This document shows positions 20,918-30,509 of a stretch of 64,000 nt of DNA, piece by piece; within the stretch, counting starts at the first letter, position 1, and every line of letters begins with the position of its first letter. The stretch comes from Candidatus Aceula meridiana (GTDB taxonomy: Bacteria > Omnitrophota > Gorgyraeia > Zapsychrales > Aceulaceae). Both the position numbers and the translations under genes were made by a program. Under the pieces are notes generated by a model. That model did no database searches, was not told where the DNA came from, and saw only the letters and a program-made list of their open reading frames with translations. Where the stretch lies: NCBI GenBank assembly GCA_030765185.1, contig JAVCDE010000003.1, positions 128,038-192,037 of the forward strand, in the 5' to 3' direction.

Positions 20918-21583
20918 ATGAAGATAAGAAAGCTTGGGTTTTTGGTAATTTTAACGGTTGTGTTTTTCTCAGGCTGTGCAACGGCGAGAACAGTTTCTTT
21001 CAAAGACTCCCCGGCAGCTTCTCGAGGAATTTATCATACGGTAAAATCCCGTGAAACTCTTTGGAGTATTGCCAAAGGGTATGGAGTTTCCGTTGAAGAG
21101 ATTGTGAAGGCCAATCATATTCCGAACGCTGCGCATATTGAAAGAGGACAGTTGATTCTTATCCCTGGAGCGACAACGACCGCTAAAATTGTTTCAAGCC
21201 AGGAGGCCTTTGAGGATGATGAATTTCAATGGCCCATCAAAGGAAAAGTAGTTTCTTACTTTGGCGATAAGAAAACATATTGGACAAATAACGGCATTGA
21301 TATTCGATCAAGCTTTGGCAAGGAAGTATATCCGGCGCGGGGCGGTGAAGTTGTTTTTGCAGATTTTTTAAGTGGTTATGGCTATGCCGTTATTGTTGAC
21401 CATGGAGACAGCTATGACACGGTTTATGCACAAAATTCTGAAATTTTAGTTTCGATTGGAGATTTTGTAACAAAAAAAGTCCCTGTTGCTAAAGTTGGGG
21501 GCGATGATTCATTAGCTTTTTTACATTTTGAAGTACGAAAGAATTCTATAGCGAGTAATCCTTTGTACTTTTTACCGCGATAA
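20918..21583 (+). CDS. LysM-containing M23 peptidase lipoprotein (NlpD-like)
   Basis: Lipobox (FFSGCA), LysM (YHTVKSRETLWSIAKGYGVSVEEIVKAN) and a C-terminal M23 domain (FLHFEVRKN). Confidence 0.75.
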   Translation: MKIRKLGFLVILTVVFFSGCATARTVSFKDSPAASRGIYHTVKSRETLWSIAKGYGVSVEEIVKANHIPNAAHIERGQLILIPGATTTAKIVSSQEAFEDDEFQWPIKGKVVSYFGDKKTYWTNNGIDIRSSFGKEVYPARGGEVVFADFLSGYGYAVIVDHGDSYDTVYAQNSEILVSIGDFVTKKVPVAKVGGDDSLAFLHFEVRKNSIASNPLYFLPR

Positions 21584-21593
21584 AACAAAATAT

Positions 21594-23231
21594 ATGAATT
21601 TTATGGAATCAGAAAAAAGTTTTTTTGGAAGGCAAGAGACTCTTAATCTCTTAAAACGACGCGTTCTAGATCTTAAAGAAGGATATCGACAGAACTTGGC
21701 TTTTCTAGGAACTCCTTATGCCGGGAAAAGCTTTTTGTTGCAAAAGTTTATCTCAGACTTAGATGATAAAGAGATTATTCCTGCTTATCTTGACCTTGAG
21801 CAAAAAGACTTTCGCTATTTATTTACAAATTTTGCTGGGAGTATTTTATATCACTTTGCGAAGGTGAACGATTTCCCTCTGCATAACGATATCAATGTTT
21901 TAAGTGAATCTATTAAGAAATATCTTCCGCAAACTGTTCGCGCAGTTTCCAGCATTCAAAAGTTGATTTCAAAAAAACGTTTTACTGAAGCCTATAGCCA
22001 ATTAATTTCTTTACCGGAAGTTTTTACGCTTGAATCTGGGAAGTTTTGCTTGATTGTTTTAGACGAATTTCATCTCTTGGAAGACTTTGATCTTCAAGAT
22101 GTTTTTCAAGAGCTCGGCAAGCGTATCATGACGCAAAAGCGTTGTTTGTATGTTGTTTCAAGCTCGGCGAAAGGGGAGGCGAAAAAGATTCTTTCGGAAA
22201 AACTTTTTCTTCTTTTTGGGCATTTTGAAATTGTCGAAGTCAATTCTTTTGATGCCAAGACCGCGCAGCAATTTATCGCGCAAAGACTTGGAAATATTCG
22301 TATTGGTGAAAACCTTAAAAGTTTTCTTTTTGATTTTACAGGGGGGCATCCTTTTTATCTGGATATTCTTGCTTCGAGAATTCGAAATTTAAGCCTCATG
22401 CACCGTCAAGATGTTGCCTTTTTACCGATTTTATCTCAGGCTGTTGAAGATACCATTTTTAACCGATGGGGCGTTTTAAGCCGCCATTTTGAAATTCTTA
22501 TTAATAGCCTATCTGCTGGGAAAAGCCCAAAAGAAATTTATTCTATTTTAGTCGCGCTCTCGAATAGCCAACATAAAATTGAAGATATCGTTGTTGCCTG
22601 TGACCTAAAGAAAAGTTTTATCAGGCAGAAGATATCGCGCTTAATAGAGCTTGGCATTGTCGAGAAGAGCGGAAATTTTTATTATTTGCAAGACAAGCTG
22701 CTTCGCTATTGGATTAAATATATTTTCCAGAAGCGGCTAAATAATATTGACTGTGATCCAAAGAAACAAAAAGTGGATTTTCGAAAAGAGTTTGCCGCAG
22801 CTGTTGAGATTTTTCAGATGGCATCGCAAAAGGAACTGTCATTGCGTATTATCGAACTTTTGCAGTGTTTTGGAAACGAATCCTTTAATTGCCAGGGGCG
22901 GCGTTATCGGTTACCTTCATTTCGCAAGATCAAGCCGATTAAGTTACGCAACGCGAATAATCAATCTTTTGATATTATCAAGGCTTCATCTGAAGATGGC
23001 CTGTGGTTCATTATTTTAAAACAAGACTCTCTTTCCGAAAAAGATGTTAATCTTTTTATGGATGAATCAAGGAAATTTAACCAAAAACCGCAAAAGTGCG
23101 TTGTGATTTCTTTAGACAGCTTAGAGGACAATGTACGTTTGCGGGCTCTTCAAGAGAAGATGTGGATATGGTCTGAAGGCGAACTTAATTTACTTCTTAA
23201 TATGTATGATAAACCCTACATTATTCAATGA
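21594..23231 (+). CDS. Arch_ATPase-type AAA+ ATPase (PF01637-like) with DUF234-like winged helix and an extra C-terminal domain of about 170 aa
   Basis: FFGRQETLNLL... start, Walker A GTPYAGKS and Walker B CLIVLDEFH. A later helix-turn-helix-like segment (KISRLIELGIVEK). The last roughly 170 aa are unassigned. Confidence 0.55.
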   Translation: MNFMESEKSFFGRQETLNLLKRRVLDLKEGYRQNLAFLGTPYAGKSFLLQKFISDLDDKEIIPAYLDLEQKDFRYLFTNFAGSILYHFAKVNDFPLHNDINVLSESIKKYLPQTVRAVSSIQKLISKKRFTEAYSQLISLPEVFTLESGKFCLIVLDEFHLLEDFDLQDVFQELGKRIMTQKRCLYVVSSSAKGEAKKILSEKLFLLFGHFEIVEVNSFDAKTAQQFIAQRLGNIRIGENLKSFLFDFTGGHPFYLDILASRIRNLSLMHRQDVAFLPILSQAVEDTIFNRWGVLSRHFEILINSLSAGKSPKEIYSILVALSNSQHKIEDIVVACDLKKSFIRQKISRLIELGIVEKSGNFYYLQDKLLRYWIKYIFQKRLNNIDCDPKKQKVDFRKEFAAAVEIFQMASQKELSLRIIELLQCFGNESFNCQGRRYRLPSFRKIKPIKLRNANNQSFDIIKASSEDGLWFIILKQDSLSEKDVNLFMDESRKFNQKPQKCVVISLDSLEDNVRLRALQEKMWIWSEGELNLLLNMYDKPYIIQ

Positions 23232-23707
23232 GAATAGGCGTCGTTTCTGATACACATTCAAAAATTTTACCAAAACAAATGCTTGAGGATTTTAAGAAAA
23301 CGGACTTAATCATTCATGCAGGTGATTTTTGTTCGATGGATGTTTTGGAAACACTCTGCAAGATTGCTGATGTCAAAGCTGTTTATGGCAATATGGATGG
23401 CAATGCACTGCGAACAGCATTATCGCGAAGTCAGGTTTTTGATTGCGAGGGCTTCCATTTAGGACTTTTTCATGGGGAAGGCGCACCAAAAGGTTTATTA
23501 GATGCAGTTAAGAATGAATTTTGTGGTAAAAAAGTTGACGTTATTATTTTTGGGCATTCGCACCACCCGATGAACGAAAAAATAGACGGAGTGCTTTTTT
23601 TTAACCCGGGAAGCGCTACGGATATAATTTTTGCACCGTATCAATCTTACGGCATTCTAAACATCAAAGACAAAACCATTGAAGGGGAGATTGTAAAAAT
23701 CCAATGA
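23228..23707 (+). CDS. YfcE/MJ0936-type metallophosphoesterase
   Basis: Calcineurin-like motifs DTH, GD..., GNMD and GHSH. 159 aa. ATGA overlap with the ATPase. Confidence 0.7.
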   Translation: MRIGVVSDTHSKILPKQMLEDFKKTDLIIHAGDFCSMDVLETLCKIADVKAVYGNMDGNALRTALSRSQVFDCEGFHLGLFHGEGAPKGLLDAVKNEFCGKKVDVIIFGHSHHPMNEKIDGVLFFNPGSATDIIFAPYQSYGILNIKDKTIEGEIVKIQ

Positions 23708-24201
23708 CCTCAAAAAGATTATGGGCTCCCTGGCGAGCACCGTATGTGACTTCAATTCATAAAAAAACAACCGGATGCGTTTTTTGCAAAATTATTAAAA
23801 GCCGCAAAGATAAAAAGAATTACATTTTTAAGCGGACAAAACATTGTTTTGCGGTCTTAAATATTTTTCCTTATAACAACGGCCATGTTTTAGTTATTCC
23901 CAATCGTCATGTGTCTGATCTTAAGAATTTGCGCAAAGAAGAAAAAGAAGATTTGTTTCAACTTTTAGAAGACGCGAAAGATTTGCTAGGTATCGTTTTA
24001 AAGCCAGAAGGGTACAATATTGGTATTAATATCGGACGTGTCGCTGGAGCCGGATTCCCGGGACATTTTCATATCCACATTGTTCCTCGATGGAAAGGGG
24101 ATGTTAACTTTATGCCAGTGACAACGAATGCCAAAGTCATTTCACAATCCATGGTTGTATTACATGAGAAATTAGTTAATGCGAACAAGACAAGAAATTG
24201 A
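23704..24201 (+). CDS. HIT-family nucleotide hydrolase
   Basis: Histidine triad HFHIHIVPR. ATGA overlap with the upstream gene. Confidence 0.8.
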   Translation: MTSKRLWAPWRAPYVTSIHKKTTGCVFCKIIKSRKDKKNYIFKRTKHCFAVLNIFPYNNGHVLVIPNRHVSDLKNLRKEEKEDLFQLLEDAKDLLGIVLKPEGYNIGINIGRVAGAGFPGHFHIHIVPRWKGDVNFMPVTTNAKVISQSMVVLHEKLVNANKTRN

Positions 24202-25375
24202 AGACCTCGAAGATAAAATCCTCGCCCCTTATGGAATGCGTAGCAAGGACTCTTTAGGGCGAGTTCACAAAGAGCCTCTTCACGAGACGCGTACTTGCTA
24301 TCAGCGTGACCGAGACCGTATTGTTCATCTGCGTGCCTTTCGTAATCTCGAGTATAAAACCCAAGTTTTTCCTATCTTTGAGGGAGATTATTATCGCACC
24401 CGGCTAACCCACACCTTAGAAGTCGCTCAAATTGCCCGCACGATCGGACGCAACCTGATGCTCAATGAGGATTTAATTGAGGCTATTGCCTTGGCTCATG
24501 ATTTGGGTCATCCTCCGTTTGGACATGCGGGTGAGGCTGCCTTAAATGATATTATGACAGGTGGCAGGGTAGGTGGCAGGGCGGGTGGATTTTTAGGAAT
24601 GCGGGCTGGAAAGAATAAATCACGTGGATTCAATCACAATAAACGCAGTTATGAAATTGTTGTCCGCGAGAAACGCTACCCAAGCTTTGAGGGATTAAAT
24701 TTAACGTGTGAAGTTTTAATTGGAATTCTAAAGCATAAAACCACTTATGATATTCCATCAAGCGGAGAGAGCTTTTTGCAAGAAAACCCAACGTTAGAGG
24801 CACAAGTTGTTAATGTTGCTGACGAGTTGACATATTTAAATCATGACATTGACGATGGACTAACTTCTCGATATTTGAGCAAGGAAGATTTAAGTGAAAG
24901 TATTTTGTGGTCACGGACGCTCGAGAGAATTGAGCGGGCTGGAAAATCTCTTAGCGAAGATATTGAGCGCAATCAAATTGTTAAAAGTCTTATTGATATT
25001 CAAGTTAGAGATCTTCTCAAGACTTCTGACGAGAAGTTGAAAGAGTATAATTTTTCTTTTTCGGCTGATGTCAAAAAATGCCAGGACCAAGTTATCCGCT
25101 TTAGTGAGAAGATGTATGCTGAGCGCAACGAATTGCAGAAGCTATTAAACAAAAAACTTTATCATCACTATCTCGTTGAACGCATGACCATTAAGGCCAA
25201 GCTTGTTATTGAAAAGCTTTTTGAAGTTTACAGCAGCAATCCTCAGCAGCTTCCGTATGAGATTTATGACCGTGATAAAAAGTATACGAAAGATGAGGAA
25301 AAAGAAATTATTTGTAATTTTATCGCCGACATGACAGACCGGGCGGCGTTAAAAGAATATAAAAAAGTTTCTTAA
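24179..25375 (+). CDS. dgt: dGTPase-like dNTP triphosphohydrolase (HD domain, Dgt family)
   Basis: HD motif AHDLGHPPFGH and Dgt-like N-terminus (RSKDSLGRVHKEPLHETRTCYQRDRDRI). Contains a Gly/Arg-rich insert. Confidence 0.8.
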   Translation: MRTRQEIEDLEDKILAPYGMRSKDSLGRVHKEPLHETRTCYQRDRDRIVHLRAFRNLEYKTQVFPIFEGDYYRTRLTHTLEVAQIARTIGRNLMLNEDLIEAIALAHDLGHPPFGHAGEAALNDIMTGGRVGGRAGGFLGMRAGKNKSRGFNHNKRSYEIVVREKRYPSFEGLNLTCEVLIGILKHKTTYDIPSSGESFLQENPTLEAQVVNVADELTYLNHDIDDGLTSRYLSKEDLSESILWSRTLERIERAGKSLSEDIERNQIVKSLIDIQVRDLLKTSDEKLKEYNFSFSADVKKCQDQVIRFSEKMYAERNELQKLLNKKLYHHYLVERMTIKAKLVIEKLFEVYSSNPQQLPYEIYDRDKKYTKDEEKEIICNFIADMTDRAALKEYKKVS

Positions 25376-25381
25376 AAAATT

Positions 25382-26464
25382 ATGCCTAAAATACAAAGTT
25401 CTTACACATTTTCTTCTCAAGAAAAATACAAGCGTGTTATCGCCGCTGTTCACATGGTTTACCGTTTGGTCAATTCGACGTATAACACCCGTGAGCTTTT
25501 GATTCGGTTGACGCGCATCATTTGTCAACTTGTTGGGGCAAGTTCGTCCTATGTTCATATTCTAGAAGAAAACACAAGACGATTAAAGCTTATTGCTGTT
25601 TTTAACGGCAAGGTCAATATTCTTTTAAGTAAAAAATGTGACTTAAAGAAAGTTTCTAAAGTTGAGCTTGATGTTTCTCATGGTGGCACAATTGTCCTTA
25701 ATCATTTAGTAGGGCTTCCTTTGGTTAGCGATGAGAATATCGGTGCCATTTTTATGAAAAGAAAAAAGAACGAAGCGGTTTTTGAAGATTTTGATCGAGA
25801 AGTTTTAGCTGTTGTCGCCGAGCAAATTGTTACGGCGGTTAAGAATATTCAGCTATACGAGCAGCAGCAAAAAGTTATTTTAGATAGTATTCGTTCAATG
25901 GGAAAATTTTTCGAGCAGCATCGTTCTATGGATTTCTTTTCTCACGCGCCAATTTATTATAAAATCGTAACATCTTTAGCGGAGTCTTTACATATGACAG
26001 ATAAAGATATCGAGACTCTACAGTATGCCTGTGTTTTGCATGACACAGGGTCTGTTGATGTTCCTTATCAGATTTTAGCCAAAAAAAGTCGTTTGTCTGC
26101 AGAAGAATTTCGCACTATCAGAAACCATCCGCAAAAAAGCGTTGATATGATAAAGCCGGTTGCATTCTTAAAACCTGTTTTGCCGGTTGTGCTGTATCAC
26201 CATGAGCGTTATGATGGCAATGGTTATCCATCTGGATTGAAGGGGGAGGAAATTCCTTTTGGAGCTCGGGTGATGGCAGTTGCTGATGCTTTTGCGGCCA
26301 TGGTTTCTGATCGCCCTTATAAAAAAGGCCTTTCTTGTAATGAAGCACTTGGAGAGCTAAAAAAAGAAAGCGGGATCCAGTTTGATCCTAAGGTGGTTAA
26401 CGCCTTTTGCAAACTCGCTAAGAAAATAAAATTTAGAAAATACTTGAGTTTAATGGCTAAATAA
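25382..26464 (+). CDS. GAF-domain HD-GYP cyclic-di-nucleotide phosphodiesterase
   Basis: N-terminal GAF-like region. C-terminal HD (VLHDTGSV) and GYP motif HHERYDGNGYP. Confidence 0.75.
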   Translation: MPKIQSSYTFSSQEKYKRVIAAVHMVYRLVNSTYNTRELLIRLTRIICQLVGASSSYVHILEENTRRLKLIAVFNGKVNILLSKKCDLKKVSKVELDVSHGGTIVLNHLVGLPLVSDENIGAIFMKRKKNEAVFEDFDREVLAVVAEQIVTAVKNIQLYEQQQKVILDSIRSMGKFFEQHRSMDFFSHAPIYYKIVTSLAESLHMTDKDIETLQYACVLHDTGSVDVPYQILAKKSRLSAEEFRTIRNHPQKSVDMIKPVAFLKPVLPVVLYHHERYDGNGYPSGLKGEEIPFGARVMAVADAFAAMVSDRPYKKGLSCNEALGELKKESGIQFDPKVVNAFCKLAKKIKFRKYLSLMAK

Positions 26465-26479
26465 CTCTATAATATATTT

Positions 26480-27055
26480 ATGAATATTAATTTTAAACAA
26501 TCCCAATTTGAACTTTTTCCACATTCACCTGCTGATGCTCCGGACCCGCATAAGTCCAAGTTTTTATTCTCCAGCATCACTTTGAGTTTCGAAAATATAA
26601 TTATCTTGACTGTTTGTCTTTTTATGGTTATTATTCTATCTTTCTCGATAGGGGTTGAGCGCGGAAAAATTGCAGCTTTGCCCTCTGGGGATGAGCCGAT
26701 AAAGCAGCAAGCAGCTCTTGAGCAGGAATCCAGGACAATGCCATCGCAGACAATTATTCCTGAAGAGCCAAAAGTGAGCGTTGTCGCTCAAGCATCTGTT
26801 GAGCCAGCTTCGGAAAATGTTTCAGAGAAGCCCCTTCAAGATTATTTTACAGTTCAGGTTGCTTCTTTTAAAACAAACAAATATGCTGAAAAAGAAGCAC
26901 AAAGCTTGAAACAAAAAGGGTATGAAAGTTTCGTTATCCCTAAGGGTAAGTATATCATTGTTTGCGCAGGTAAGTTTTTAACGAACCTCGACGCTAAGGG
27001 ATTTATAACGGAATTAAAATACAAGTATAAAGATTGTCTAGTTAGGAGATTATAA
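26480..27055 (+). CDS. SPOR-domain membrane protein
   Basis: One TM helix and a C-terminal SPOR-like domain (FTVQVASFKTNKYAEKEAQSLKQKGYESFVI). Confidence 0.55.
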   Translation: MNINFKQSQFELFPHSPADAPDPHKSKFLFSSITLSFENIIILTVCLFMVIILSFSIGVERGKIAALPSGDEPIKQQAALEQESRTMPSQTIIPEEPKVSVVAQASVEPASENVSEKPLQDYFTVQVASFKTNKYAEKEAQSLKQKGYESFVIPKGKYIIVCAGKFLTNLDAKGFITELKYKYKDCLVRRL

Positions 27056-27057
27056 TT

Positions 27058-27303
27058 ATGTCTATCCATCCATCGCTTAAAGTTGATTCTGCCTCATCAC
27101 AGCAGAAAAGCGTCCTTTCACGCATTCAGCGTATAAAAGACCTTATGAAAAAAGGAAAGTGGTCTGATGGCCGTGCTGTCACTGCCTTGCCGAAAACAAA
27201 GGTCATCAAGATTAAAGCCAAGAAGGTTAAGGAAAAACCTGCTGAAGGTGAAGTTAAGGCAGCAGGCACAGAAGCCGCTGCTCCAGAAAAAAAGAAAGCA
27301 TAA
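27058..27303 (+). CDS. Small Lys-rich basic protein of unknown function
   Basis: An 81-aa ORF with a Lys/Ala/Glu-rich C-terminus. Confidence 0.35.
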   Translation: MSIHPSLKVDSASSQQKSVLSRIQRIKDLMKKGKWSDGRAVTALPKTKVIKIKAKKVKEKPAEGEVKAAGTEAAAPEKKKA

Positions 27304-27356
27304 GCTAGGCTTTAAAATCCTTCATATCTTTAAAACGATAACCCAACAATAAGGCA

Positions 27357-27968
27357 ATGCCTGTATATCTTTTTCTAAAAATTGCCCTAATCTTTTTTCC
27401 TTCTGTTATCTGCCATGAGTATGCTCATGGGTGGGTTGCTTATCGCTTGGGAGACCCTACAGCGAAAAATCAAGGCCGCCTTACGTTAAATCCTTTCAAA
27501 CACGTTGACCCTATCGGAACAATTGCGTTTCCAATGATGCTTTTTTTCTTACGTTCGCCGTTTATTTTTGGATGGGCTAAGCCTGTTCCGGTTAATTTCG
27601 CAAGGCTTAAAAATCCTAAACGGGATATGATTCTTGTTGGTGCCGCCGGTCCTGCAACCAATTTGTTTCTTGCCGTCTTTTTGAGTCGTTTTCTTGTGTT
27701 TTCGCTTTCTGAGGGTAGTCTTTATGTTTTGCAAATGGGAGTCATTATTAACCTTGCCTTAGCTTTCTTTAATTTAATTCCTATTCCACCTTTAGATGGC
27801 TCGCGCATTGTCATGGGGATTTTGCCACATCGTGCGGCCTACACGTATGCAAAGCTTGAGAAGTATGGAATTATTATTGTTTTTCTGTTATTATATCTTG
27901 GCCTTTTAAAGCATACGATATGGCCTTTAGTTGCGATTGTCGCATCTTTTTTAGGAGTTCAATTATGA
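27357..27968 (+). CDS. Site-2 protease family (M50) membrane metalloprotease
   Basis: HExxH motif (CHEYAHGW) within a TM helix. Multi-pass membrane protein. Confidence 0.7.
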   Translation: MPVYLFLKIALIFFPSVICHEYAHGWVAYRLGDPTAKNQGRLTLNPFKHVDPIGTIAFPMMLFFLRSPFIFGWAKPVPVNFARLKNPKRDMILVGAAGPATNLFLAVFLSRFLVFSLSEGSLYVLQMGVIINLALAFFNLIPIPPLDGSRIVMGILPHRAAYTYAKLEKYGIIIVFLLLYLGLLKHTIWPLVAIVASFLGVQL

Positions 27969-29053
27969 AGAAAATTCGTGTTAACTTAAAAGAGAATAGT
28001 TACGATATTGTTGTCGGGCATAATATTCTATCCGGACTCGGAGCCCAAATACGTGCTCTTGACATTGGCGATGATGCTATTGTTATAACTAATAGCGTTA
28101 TTCGCAAACTTCATGGAAAAGCTTTGAGCAAAAGTTTGGCTAAAAAAAGAATTAGTGTTAAGTTTCTCGAAGTTCCTGATAGCGAACGTAGTAAATCTGC
28201 AACAGTCGCTTTTCGTTTAATTCAGCAGATTGCTAAGATGGATGTAAAGAAGAAGATGTTTATTATTGCTTTTGGCGGAGGGGTTATCGGAGATTTGGCT
28301 GGTTTTATTGCTGCTGTTTACAAACGAGGTATTCCTTTTGTCCAGGTCCCTACGACATTTCTAGCTCAAATTGATTCGGCTATCGGAGGTAAGGTTGCCA
28401 TAGATCTTGCCTTAGGAAAGAATCTTGTTGGAGCTTTTTATCAACCAAAGATTGTTTTTTCTGATGTAGCTCTTTTAAAGACATTAAGCAATCGTCAGGT
28501 CCGAAACGGTTTAGCTGAGGCTATTAAATACGGAGTCATTAAGGATAAAAAACTTTTTAGCTACATTGAAAAGAATTCAGACAAGCTTTTATCTGTAGAT
28601 TTAAAAACAACGACTTCAGTTGTTTTAGAATGCAGCCGCATCAAAGCCAAAGTCGTTTCTGCGGATGAAAAAGAGCGCAAGGGAATCCGCACTATTTTAA
28701 ATTTTGGCCATACAGCTGGACACGCGATTGAATCAGCTTGTGCTTATAATCGTTACCAGCACGGAGAGGCTATCGGTATCGGCATGCGCATAGCAGGTGC
28801 TATTGCATGTCAAAGGAAGATGCTGTGCTCAAAAGAACTTCAGAAGTTGGAAGATTTGTTGGACAAAGTTGGCCTGCCTGCTAAAGCCAAAGGTATTAAG
28901 CTTTCTCCTGTGATGAGAGCTGTTTCACACGATAAGAAGATTATCGCTAAAAAGAATCGTTTAGTGCTACCACAAGGGATTGGTCGTGTCAGGGTGGTGG
29001 AAGGTGTACCGACCAGCGTTATTAAGCAGATGGTTACCCGCTATATGGCGTAA
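27965..29053 (+). CDS. aroB: 3-dehydroquinate synthase
   Basis: Glycine-rich NAD-binding motif GGGVIGDLAGF and the metal-binding histidines of DHQS. The ATG at 27965 overlaps the upstream stop. Confidence 0.85.
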   Translation: MKKIRVNLKENSYDIVVGHNILSGLGAQIRALDIGDDAIVITNSVIRKLHGKALSKSLAKKRISVKFLEVPDSERSKSATVAFRLIQQIAKMDVKKKMFIIAFGGGVIGDLAGFIAAVYKRGIPFVQVPTTFLAQIDSAIGGKVAIDLALGKNLVGAFYQPKIVFSDVALLKTLSNRQVRNGLAEAIKYGVIKDKKLFSYIEKNSDKLLSVDLKTTTSVVLECSRIKAKVVSADEKERKGIRTILNFGHTAGHAIESACAYNRYQHGEAIGIGMRIAGAIACQRKMLCSKELQKLEDLLDKVGLPAKAKGIKLSPVMRAVSHDKKIIAKKNRLVLPQGIGRVRVVEGVPTSVIKQMVTRYMA

Positions 29054-29062
29054 GAATATTTC

Positions 29063-29584
29063 CTAGGGTTTTAAATCTAGAATAAAGATTTTTCCATCCC
29101 CGAACAACTTCACCTGATTGTTTAAAATTCTTAAAACTTTTTTTCCTTTAATTTCATCGCCTTCTTTAACAATCTTACCGCTAATCAATGCAGTTTGCTC
29201 ACCTGAAATGATAGCAATGCCGGTAAGTTTTATGCCTCGAAGACTCGGGTCAGATGAAGAAGACGATGCCCGCACTGTTTCTATCGAAGAAATAGCGCTT
29301 TGATCGGAAAGGGAAAATTTTTCTGTTAAGGCTTTTTGATCAATAGGATCTTTAGGCCACAATAAAATGGAAAGGACAATCAGGCAACCGACAAAACCTC
29401 CTGCAACTATAATCGTTGTGATGAGAACCATGGTGTCTTTTGTTTTGCCTTCAGGCGAGAGTCCGGGTTTTTGAATTCTAGGAGGTTGAGAGATTCCGGG
29501 GTTTTGAGCTCTAGGGGTTTGGTTTTTTTTCTGTGCTTGATAGACATTTTGTGTCTTTTTTAAAGCGTCATTGATAATGCTCAT
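29063..29584 (-). CDS. GspB-like single-pass membrane protein (partner of the ExeA-like ATPase)
   Basis: N-terminal Pro/Gln-rich region, one TM helix and a C-terminal beta-rich domain (ISGEQTALISGKIVKEGDEIKGKKV) reminiscent of T2SS GspB/PilP C-domains. Its start abuts the stop of the upstream ATPase. Confidence 0.4.
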   Translation of the reverse strand: MSIINDALKKTQNVYQAQKKNQTPRAQNPGISQPPRIQKPGLSPEGKTKDTMVLITTIIVAGGFVGCLIVLSILLWPKDPIDQKALTEKFSLSDQSAISSIETVRASSSSSDPSLRGIKLTGIAIISGEQTALISGKIVKEGDEIKGKKVLRILNNQVKLFGDGKIFILDLKP

Positions 29585-30385
29585 TTATCCTGTCTCCTTG
29601 ATACATTTTTTAATCAGTTCATAATCGATTGTAAATGTTGTCTTAACAAAGCCGGCCAAAAGGGCACGGTCACAAATAATGTTGATCAACCTTGGTGTCC
29701 CGCCGGAATAAATAAAGATTTCTGCTAAGGCTTTATCCGTAAAATTAATTTTTCCCTTAGCTCCGGCCACCGTAAGCCTGTGGCTGATATATTTTTTGAG
29801 TTCTTCTCTTCCGAGGGGCTTAATATGGTAGCGCACGGCAATGCGCTGATTGATTTGGCGTAAGGACGTGGTTTTGAGCTTCTCACAAAGTTCAGGTTGG
29901 CCAACCAAAATAATCTGTAAAAGTTTTTCTTTTTCTGTCTCCAAATTTGAAAGCAAACGGATTTGTTCAAGTTGGCTTGGCTTTAAATTTTGCGCTTCAT
30001 CAATAATCAAGGCAACATTATGCCCATGCGAGGTTTCTTCAAGCAAGAATTTATTTAAAGCCTCAATGATATCTGCTTTATTCCGGGTTTTGGCCTCAAT
30101 GCCAAAGTCTTTTATAACCATTTGCAGCAACTGAAGTTCTGAGAAGTTTGGATAGAGGATAAAGGCTGTTTTTGTTTTGTTATCTAGATTATTTAAGAGT
30201 GTGCGGCATAGCGTTGTTTTCCCGGTTCCAATTTCACCGGTAACAAGAACAATCCCTTTGCGCTCTCTGATACCATATTGCAAGTAAGAAAAGGCTTCGT
30301 TATGATTCAAACTTGCAAAGAAAAATGAAGGGTCGGAGGTAACACTAAAAGGATTTTCGTGAAGTTCGTAAAACTCTTTATACAT
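29585..30385 (-). CDS. ExeA/GspA/MshM-like AAA ATPase (AAA_22)
   Basis: Walker A GEIGTGKTT, Walker B ALIIDEAQNL and the ExeA-like N-terminus (FYELHENPFSVTSDPSFFF). Confidence 0.7.
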   Translation of the reverse strand: MYKEFYELHENPFSVTSDPSFFFASLNHNEAFSYLQYGIRERKGIVLVTGEIGTGKTTLCRTLLNNLDNKTKTAFILYPNFSELQLLQMVIKDFGIEAKTRNKADIIEALNKFLLEETSHGHNVALIIDEAQNLKPSQLEQIRLLSNLETEKEKLLQIILVGQPELCEKLKTTSLRQINQRIAVRYHIKPLGREELKKYISHRLTVAGAKGKINFTDKALAEIFIYSGGTPRLINIICDRALLAGFVKTTFTIDYELIKKCIKETG

Positions 30386-30509
30386 GGACAGGATTATAGC
30401 ACGAACATTCTCTGCGGTAAAGTCCCTAAGTGTAGGCGTAAAAAGTGGTTGTAACCCTATTTAAATATGATATACTTTAAGTAATCAAGGATTAAATAGG
30501 AGTAAAAAC

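Noticed and set aside
22150-22392. Two overlapping ORFs (+ 22150-22392 and - 22158-22349) inside the ATPase gene
   Set aside because: Out-of-frame reading of a Lys/Phe-rich AT-rich stretch inside a gene with clear Walker motifs. Not independent genes.
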